Of a stretch of DNA of 64,000 bases, positions 57,973-64,000 are shown one piece after another. A program made the translations under genes and the position numbers. This DNA is from Pseudomonadota bacterium (GTDB lineage Bacteria; Desulfobacterota; Desulfobacteria; Desulfobacterales; JBDRRP01), in NCBI GenBank assembly GCA_043825735.1, contig JBDRRP010000011.1, positions 1-64,000 of the forward strand, in the 5' to 3' direction. How positions within the stretch are numbered: position 1 is the stretch's first letter; each line of letters opens with the position of its first letter. The notes under the pieces are model-generated. The model was not told the DNA's origin. It was given only the letters and a program-made list of their open reading frames with translations, and searched no databases.

Positions 57973-59163
57973 TCAGTCGCCGGCGGGGGCAGCACGCCGG
58001 CGGGGGTCACCGCCGCCGTGCGTCATCATCTCCATGGCAATCCGTGCCACCCGCAGGGATGCGCCCGGAGTGCCCATTTTTTGCTGAATACCGGCCAGCT
58101 GCCGGGTCATGTCGGCCATGGCCGCCGGATCACCCATGAGGGCAACCACCGTTTCCGCAATACGGTCACCGAGGGCGTCATCCTGGATCAATTCAGGCAC
58201 CACGGCCCGACCGGCGATCAGGTTGACCAGGCTGATAAACGGTACCCGGACCAACGCCCGGCCCAGCCAATAGCTCACCGGCGATACCCGGTATACCACC
58301 ACCATGGGGGTCCTGGCCATGGCCGCCTCCAGCGCCACCGTACCGCTGGCGGCAATGACCAGTGTGCTGCGCTGGAAGATATGACGCACATCGGCGGTGG
58401 AAACCGTCACCGGCAGCGACGGATGGGCCTGCGCGAAGGCCGTCGACAGCACACCCGCCGAAACCGTGGGGGCCCTGGACACGATAAACCGCGCTCGGGG
58501 AAACCGGTGGTGGATCCGCCGTGCGGCAACCATCATCTCCGGCAGAATCCGCAGCACTTCACCAACCCGGGAACCCGGCAGCAATCCCACCACCGGTGCG
58601 TCAGGGGTGCCCGTGAACCCGGAGATGCCGCTGTCGACATCGGCCGCGGGCGGCCGGTCCAGCAGCGGGTGTCCCACGAATGTCACCGGGATACCGTGCC
58701 GCCGGTAAAACGGCTCCTCAAACGGCAGAATCACCGCCATGTGGTCCACCCGCCTGCCGATGGTCTTCACCCTGCCCTTGCGCCACGCCCAGAGCTGGGG
58801 GCTGATGTAATAGAGCACGGGGATGCCAAGGGCCTTGGCCATGCCGGCAACGTGAAGGTTGAAGTCCGGGAAATCGATAAGAATCAGCAACCGCGGACGC
58901 CGTATTGCAAGGGCGTCGCGCACCCGCCGCCGGGCTTCGAAAAGTGCCGGCAGTTTTGAGGCCACTTCCGTGATGCCCACCACCGACAGCGCCTCCGCCG
59001 GCACAAGGATTTCAACGCCGGCATCGCGCATGGCGCCGCCGCCGATGCCCATGACGGTCACCTCCGGCACCATGGATCGCAGGGCGCGGACCACATGCGC
59101 CCCGTGCAGGTCACCGGAGGCCTCGCCGGCAATGATCATGACGCTCTGGCAATGGCGTGTCAT
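57973..59163 (-). CDS. lpxB: Lipid-A-disaccharide synthase
   Basis: AGEASGDLHG, IDFPDFN, SPQLWAWR, LPFE, LLPGSR and SGTVALE. Confidence 0.95.
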   Translation of the reverse strand: MTRHCQSVMIIAGEASGDLHGAHVVRALRSMVPEVTVMGIGGGAMRDAGVEILVPAEALSVVGITEVASKLPALFEARRRVRDALAIRRPRLLILIDFPDFNLHVAGMAKALGIPVLYYISPQLWAWRKGRVKTIGRRVDHMAVILPFEEPFYRRHGIPVTFVGHPLLDRPPAADVDSGISGFTGTPDAPVVGLLPGSRVGEVLRILPEMMVAARRIHHRFPRARFIVSRAPTVSAGVLSTAFAQAHPSLPVTVSTADVRHIFQRSTLVIAASGTVALEAAMARTPMVVVYRVSPVSYWLGRALVRVPFISLVNLIAGRAVVPELIQDDALGDRIAETVVALMGDPAAMADMTRQLAGIQQKMGTPGASLRVARIAMEMMTHGGGDPRRRAAPAGD

Positions 59164-59170
59164 GACAGCG

Positions 59171-60133
59171 TCAACCGGTTCCCTGGGAGCTGGTTTTTTG
59201 AATCTGGTCCATGATGCTCAGAGCGATCTTCAGGGCATCACGGCCCATTTGCCCGGTGACGGCCGGCGCCCGGCGGTGGCGCACAGCCTCCACAAAGGCG
59301 CGCACCTCGTCGTCCAGGGCGTCTCCTTTGGGCATTTGAATCTCCTTGATATCCATGCCGGGGATGACGGCATCAACCGGCGGCGACGCCCCGGACTGGC
59401 GCACCACCGTGATCCCATGATTGGCAAAATCGACCGAAATGTAGGCATCGCGTTGGAAAAGCCGGATCTTTCGCTCGTTTCTCATGGAAATGCGGCTGGC
59501 CGTCACATTGGCCACGCAGCCGGAGGCAAATTCCAGACGGGCGTTGGCAATGTCCACATGATGGCTGATGACCGGAATACCGGCCGCATGAATATGCGTG
59601 ACCTCGGAGCGGACGAAATTGAGAATGATGTCGATGTCATGGATCATCAGATCCAGCACCACGCTCACATCGGTGCAGCGCTCCTTGAAGATGCTGAGAC
59701 GATGGCTTTCGATGAACTTGGGCACGGTCACGATATCGCGCAAGGCGACCACCGCGGGATTGAACCGCTCCAGGTGCCCCACCTGAATGAGCAGCCCCCG
59801 TTCCTCGGCCAGCCCGATAAGCGCGTCGGCCTCGGCCAGTGTGGTCGTAATGGGTTTTTCGATAAGCACATCCGTGTCTCGGCGGAGAAAATCCATGGCC
59901 ACGACAAAGTGGGCGGGTGTGGGCACCACGATGCTCACGGCATCCACCTGCCCCAGCAGGTCGTCGTAGCGGTAGAATGCCCGGGTACCGAGTTTTTTGG
60001 CGATGGCATCCGCCGCGCCGCGGTCCGTGTCCACCACCCCCACCAGTTCAACGCCGTCGATGGCGGCATATTTTTCGGCGTGATACTTGCCCAGATATCC
60101 TACGCCGATGACCGCAGTCTTTAGTTTTTCCAT
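59171..60133 (-). CDS. Gfo/Idh/MocA oxidoreductase, probable UDP-GlcNAc 3-dehydrogenase (GnnA-like)
   Basis: GVGYLG..HA.KY, EKPI, VGHLERFNPA and DLMIHDID, directly upstream of lpxB. Confidence 0.8.
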   Translation of the reverse strand: MEKLKTAVIGVGYLGKYHAEKYAAIDGVELVGVVDTDRGAADAIAKKLGTRAFYRYDDLLGQVDAVSIVVPTPAHFVVAMDFLRRDTDVLIEKPITTTLAEADALIGLAEERGLLIQVGHLERFNPAVVALRDIVTVPKFIESHRLSIFKERCTDVSVVLDLMIHDIDIILNFVRSEVTHIHAAGIPVISHHVDIANARLEFASGCVANVTASRISMRNERKIRLFQRDAYISVDFANHGITVVRQSGASPPVDAVIPGMDIKEIQMPKGDALDDEVRAFVEAVRHRRAPAVTGQMGRDALKIALSIMDQIQKTSSQGTG

Positions 60134-60156
60134 TTCCGCTGGCTCCCGTTGACAGT

Positions 60157-60747
60157 TCAGCAAGGCCCGGCCGTGCGGCCCGGGTGCAGCCGTGCATATA
60201 CAATTTGCATCAGCATGTGACCGATGATGACATGCATGTCTTCCACTTTTTGCATGTCATGAATGTCAGCCACCAGGGCGATGTCCACCAGAGTGGCCAA
60301 CTGGCCGCCGGAAAATCCGGACAGCCCCGCGGTGACGCCGCCGTTTTCCCCGGCCCAGCGGATGGCGCGCAAAACGTTCTCGGAGTTTCCCGAACCGGAT
60401 ATGCCGATGACCAGATCTCCCGGACGGAAAAAATTTTTAAGCGGCTCTACGAAGATGGCCTCATAGGCCACGTCATTGGCATAGGCCATCATGGTGGCGA
60501 CATTGTCGCTGAGGCACATCATCTTGAACTTTTTTTCAAGATCCATGCAGCAGCCCTTATTGATATCGCAGACCAGATGCGACGCCGTGGCGGCGCTGCC
60601 GCCATTTCCCATGGTGAAAATGGTGCGCTCGGCCTGGTAGGCGGCCATGACGGCTGCCACCAAGGCGTCGAACGCATCCATGTCGAAACGGTCGATGACG
60701 GCTTTGAGATCTGATAGATACGCGCGAGCAGCTATTTGGGTCGTCAT
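60157..60747 (-). CDS. gmhA: Phosphoheptose isomerase (SIS domain)
   Basis: GNGGSAATASH, AND, ISGSGNSENV and ED.H. Confidence 0.85.
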   Translation of the reverse strand: MTTQIAARAYLSDLKAVIDRFDMDAFDALVAAVMAAYQAERTIFTMGNGGSAATASHLVCDINKGCCMDLEKKFKMMCLSDNVATMMAYANDVAYEAIFVEPLKNFFRPGDLVIGISGSGNSENVLRAIRWAGENGGVTAGLSGFSGGQLATLVDIALVADIHDMQKVEDMHVIIGHMLMQIVYARLHPGRTAGPC

Positions 60748-61484
60748 GTGATGCCTCCTTGGTTGTCAGACCATTCCTTGAGGGCGCTAAGGTATGCATC
60801 GATGGTGCCGATGTCTCGGTGATAGGTGTCGATGGTGCAGCCCACCATTCGTCCCACCAATTCCGGCAGCACGTGATGGCCGAAGTCCAGCACCGCTGCC
60901 GGCATCCGCGCCTGCACCCGACAGGCGGTTTCGATCACCGCATCGGTGGCCACATAGATACCGGCGTTGGCCAGATTGCCCACCGGTTGGGCCGGCTTTT
61001 CCGTGAACCGGACAATGCGCCCCTGATCGTCCATCTCGGCAATGCCTGCGGCCTCCGGCACCGGCGCCCGGAAAAGGCCCATGGTCAACACCGCCCCCAG
61101 GGCTTCTCCCCGCTGGTGGGCATGGCGCATGGCGGTGAGATCCACGCCGCTCAGGTTGTCGGCGTAGACGATAAAAAAGGGGCCGCCGCCTTCAACGAAC
61201 GACCGGTTGGCCACCACGGTGCCGCCGCTGCCCAGAAGCGTGGGCTCAAAGACGCTGTGAATGTCAAATCCGTAGTGAGGCCGTGAGGCCTCAAGAAATG
61301 CCGCTACCTGCTGCGCGTGATGGTGGGTATTGACCAGGACCTCGCTCACCCCGTGACGGCGAAACAGGTCAAACCAATAGGCCATGAGGGGCCTGCCGTG
61401 GATGGGGATGAGGCACTTGGGGCAGTCCGCGGTGTAGGGATGCAGCCGCGTGCCCTGTCCTGCGGCCAGAAGAAAAGCTTTCAT
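60744..61484 (-). CDS. Sugar-1-phosphate nucleotidyltransferase (HddC-like)
   Basis: LAAGQGTRL.P.T...PKCL, F.EKP, NAGIY and DIGT. It lies beside gmhA in the hddA cassette. Confidence 0.8.
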   Translation of the reverse strand: MKAFLLAAGQGTRLHPYTADCPKCLIPIHGRPLMAYWFDLFRRHGVSEVLVNTHHHAQQVAAFLEASRPHYGFDIHSVFEPTLLGSGGTVVANRSFVEGGGPFFIVYADNLSGVDLTAMRHAHQRGEALGAVLTMGLFRAPVPEAAGIAEMDDQGRIVRFTEKPAQPVGNLANAGIYVATDAVIETACRVQARMPAAVLDFGHHVLPELVGRMVGCTIDTYHRDIGTIDAYLSALKEWSDNQGGIT

Positions 61485-62620
61485 GCCGGTGTCCCCGCAT
61501 CTCGGATCACGCCCTGCTGTTTCATGCGGGCTTCGGCATACTCCAGAATCTCGGACTTGCCGTCCTGGCCCTGGAGGTAGCGCCAATAGTCGGCAATGCT
61601 GTTGTAGATGCTAAAGCGCGGCCGCCACCCCAGGGATCGAAGCCGCGAGGTGTCAGAAAAGATATGGCGTGTATCGCCAAACCGATAAAATCTGCCAACG
61701 ACGGGGTCCAGTCGCCGGCCCACAACGTCCTGCATGGCCGCGTAAAACTCAGCCACTGTCCATGGCATGCCGCCGCCCACGTTGAACACCTGGGTGTCGG
61801 CTTCAGGGTGATCGAGTACGAGCAGATTGGCGGCCACCACATCCTGGATATTCACGTAGTCGCGCACCTGCCGACCGTCTTCGAAAAGGGTCGGCGGCCG
61901 GTTCATCATCAATGACAGTGCAAAAATGCGCATGGCGCCGGAGTAGGCATTGTGAAGCGACTGGCGCGGCCCCTGAACGATCGAGTAACGCATCACCGCC
62001 GATGGAACCGCGTAGCGGCGCCCCAGTTCGACTGCGATCTGTTCCTGGCTGTGTTTGGACAGGGCATACTGATTGCACGGGGCCACTACCGACTCGTCGG
62101 AGGCCTGCCACTGCAGCGCGGCGTCGCAATCCGGACACAAGTGATCCCACTGCCCCCGTGACAATTGCGCTTCGCTGCGGATACGGGGAAAGCGGTCGCC
62201 GCCGCCCTCCGGGTGGCAGGCCGGGCAGCGGTAGCGCCCTTCTCCCATCACCGCCTGACTGGCGGCAACGATTATTTTGTGAATATCCCGATACTGCCCC
62301 GTAGCCACCAGCACTTCGTAAAGCAAGGCCGTGGAAACGGCATTCACATGAAAAAATGTCGAGAAATCCGTTAGATAATCCTGATACGCGGCCAAATGAT
62401 AGACGGCGTCGATCCCCTTGAGCGCCGCTTCCCATGCGGACCGCTCACGCACGTCTCCGTAAATGAATTCGATGTCAGGGTGCAGGTAGGCAGGCTTGCC
62501 CGCAGGGTGCACGGCTTGCTGCAGATTGTCGAGCACCCGCACGCGGTGCCCGGTGGCGATGAGGGCATCTGCTGTGTGCGAGCCGATGAATCCGGCACCG
62601 CCCGTGATGAGAATGTTCAT
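61481..62620 (-). CDS. NAD-dependent epimerase/dehydratase with Cys-rich insertion
   Basis: ITGGAGFIGSH, YALSK and RDYVNI.DV, plus a CPAC...CPDC insert. Confidence 0.88.
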   Translation of the reverse strand: MNILITGGAGFIGSHTADALIATGHRVRVLDNLQQAVHPAGKPAYLHPDIEFIYGDVRERSAWEAALKGIDAVYHLAAYQDYLTDFSTFFHVNAVSTALLYEVLVATGQYRDIHKIIVAASQAVMGEGRYRCPACHPEGGGDRFPRIRSEAQLSRGQWDHLCPDCDAALQWQASDESVVAPCNQYALSKHSQEQIAVELGRRYAVPSAVMRYSIVQGPRQSLHNAYSGAMRIFALSLMMNRPPTLFEDGRQVRDYVNIQDVVAANLLVLDHPEADTQVFNVGGGMPWTVAEFYAAMQDVVGRRLDPVVGRFYRFGDTRHIFSDTSRLRSLGWRPRFSIYNSIADYWRYLQGQDGKSEILEYAEARMKQQGVIRDAGTPA

Positions 62621-62762
62621 TCGTTGTCACCTCCCCGCTAATACGACAGGAGCCTGAACAAAGGCTCCTGTCCGTCGGTGCTGGCGCTGTTGAACGGACG
62701 CTGATCCATCGTCCGTCCAAAGGTGGCTGGTATGATGATTATAGCGCGAGCCCAGCGGTAGG

Positions 62763-62797
62763 CTCAATACGCAACATTCAATGATCAATTCTCAATA
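62763..62797 (+). repeat. 7-bp-period array (nTCAATn x5)
   Basis: CTCAATA CGCAACA TTCAATG ATCAATT CTCAATA. Confidence 0.6.
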
Positions 62798-62815
62798 CGT
62801 TTTTTGAGATAGCTT

Positions 62816-63811
62816 CTAGTCGCTGGCATACGTCCGATCGTCAAATATCACCTTGCTCCCGCCGGTTTCAAGCATAAAGGGCAGCTCCCGGTAGTCTCCC
62901 ATGGCCTCGAACACGCGGTTCTGATATTCCCGGGGCACCATGAGCAGCAAAAAGCCGCCGCCGCCGGCGCCGGCCACCTTGCCCGCAAGGGCGCCGGCGT
63001 CGAGCGCCTGCCGGTACATCCGGTCGATCTGATCGTTGGAGATGCCGGCGGCCATCTGCTGCTTGAGCTGCCAGTTTCGAGCCAGCAGCCGCCCACAGGT
63101 CTTTAGATCCGGGCCGATCATGGCCGCCGTGAACGGATCCACCAGCCCGACCATCTCCTGCATGGATGCAAACTTATCAGCGGCTGACAGGTTTTCTTTC
63201 TGCCGTGAAAGAATCGTGTCGGCGCTGCGGGTGATGCCGGTGTAGTAGAGCAGCAGGGAGGAAGCAAAACGCCGCCGTGCCGATGAGCCCATCTCCACGG
63301 GAATCCGCAGTGTGTCATCGTCTGGGCGGAACTCGAACTGGTTGATACCGCCGTAAGCGGCTGCGTACTGATCCTGGCGGCCGATGGGTTTTCCCAGAAT
63401 ATCGATTTCAATCCGGCAGGCCTCCCGTGCCAGTTGCTCGGCCGTCACCAGTCGGTGCCGATAGGTATGCAGGGCATGCAGCAGGGCCACGGAAATAGAA
63501 CTGGAACTGCCCAGCCCGGAGCCTGACGAAGGGATGTCCGCCAGCGTGGTGATTTCGATCCCTTTTTCCACACCGGTGATGCGCATGGCTTCACGCACCA
63601 GATCGTGCTCGACGGCATCCACCGATGAGACGCACTCTTTTTTTGAGTAGTTGATGTAGATCATGTCGTCAAAACGTTCTTTGACGATGGCGTAGACATA
63701 TTTGTCAATGGCGGTGCAAACCACCTTGCCGTTGGCCTTTTCGTAAAAGGCTTTCATGTCTGAGCCGCCCCCCACGAAGCTGATGCGCAGCGGGGTTTTG
63801 ACAATGATCAT
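62816..63811 (-). CDS. hddA: GHMP kinase, D-glycero-alpha-D-manno-heptose 7-phosphate kinase
   Basis: TPLRISFVGGGSD, IPSSGSGLGSSS, GRQDQYAAAYGG and GAGGGGF. Confidence 0.85.
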   Translation of the reverse strand: MIIVKTPLRISFVGGGSDMKAFYEKANGKVVCTAIDKYVYAIVKERFDDMIYINYSKKECVSSVDAVEHDLVREAMRITGVEKGIEITTLADIPSSGSGLGSSSSISVALLHALHTYRHRLVTAEQLAREACRIEIDILGKPIGRQDQYAAAYGGINQFEFRPDDDTLRIPVEMGSSARRRFASSLLLYYTGITRSADTILSRQKENLSAADKFASMQEMVGLVDPFTAAMIGPDLKTCGRLLARNWQLKQQMAAGISNDQIDRMYRQALDAGALAGKVAGAGGGGFLLLMVPREYQNRVFEAMGDYRELPFMLETGGSKVIFDDRTYASD

Positions 63812-63827
63812 GTCACTGATCTCCCCT

Positions 63828-64000
63828 TCATCGGGTTTTTGGCGGACCGCTGAAGGCCACAATGCTCACACCGGCCGCATCGGCTGCCGCCACCATGTCC
63901 GCGCGATCAAAAACGACGGTCCGGTCGGCTTCAACGGCCAGTGCGCTCGCACCGGCAGCCACCATGCTCGCCACGGTCTGGGCGCCCAGTGCCGGCACGT
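63828..64000 (-). CDS. lpxI: UDP-2,3-diacylglucosamine diphosphatase LpxI, 3' end only
   Basis: My translation VPALGAQTVASMVAAGASALAVEADRTVVFDRADMVAAADAAGVSIVAF matches the LpxI C-terminus. Confidence 0.8.
   Translation of the reverse strand, partial: VPALGAQTVASMVAAGASALAVEADRTVVFDRADMVAAADAAGVSIVAFSGPPKTR

Noticed and set aside
26171..60124. Long antisense ORFs (26171-27310, 39243-40637, 43406-44587, 54654-56138, 58859-60124 and others)
   Set aside because: They are shadows of well-supported genes on the opposite strand in GC-rich DNA, with no recognisable motifs.
12843..62797. Periodic repeats as a possible CRISPR array
   Set aside because: The units are 6-9 bp with no unique spacers, and there are no cas genes in the window.
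1..64000. tRNA or rRNA genes
   Set aside because: No cloverleaf with a T-loop consensus or rRNA-like sequence was recognised in the intergenic regions.

Overview
The window looks like chromosome from a Desulfobacterales-like deltaproteobacterium; this is inferred from gene content and order. Positions 1-6.6 kb are an AT-richer accessory edge holding a truncated 4HB-PAS sensor, an IS66 relic, a multi-PAS sensor with no kinase domain, two type II toxin-antitoxin pairs and a DUF4143 ATPase fragment. Positions 6.6-30.7 kb are housekeeping: a PLD lipoprotein, rpsF-rpsR-DUF2232-rplI-dnaB-hflX-suhB, a dnaA with no dnaN beside it, uvrA, atpZIBE, pyrK, pgeF, rfaE2, comF, icd, rlmB, gmk, remA and yicC. 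Positions 30.8-64 kb are a large LPS/lipid A cluster: lpxI, hddA/hddC/gmhA, gnnA, lpxB, msbA, ArnT-like genes, lptFG, waaA, lpxK, lpxL, heptosyltransferases, other glycosyltransferases, methyltransferases and an O-antigen ligase. The most notable unexplained signals are non-coding. First, there are small intergenic elements built from short periodic repeats (6, 7, 8 and 9 bp). Several form inverted arrays, and some are nested inside MITE-like terminal inverted repeats with 4-bp target duplications. Second, DnaA has an altered DNA-recognition helix and sits beside an origin-like region rich in NNATCCGAG motifs rather than canonical DnaA boxes. All calls come from reading the sequence; no database searches were run.
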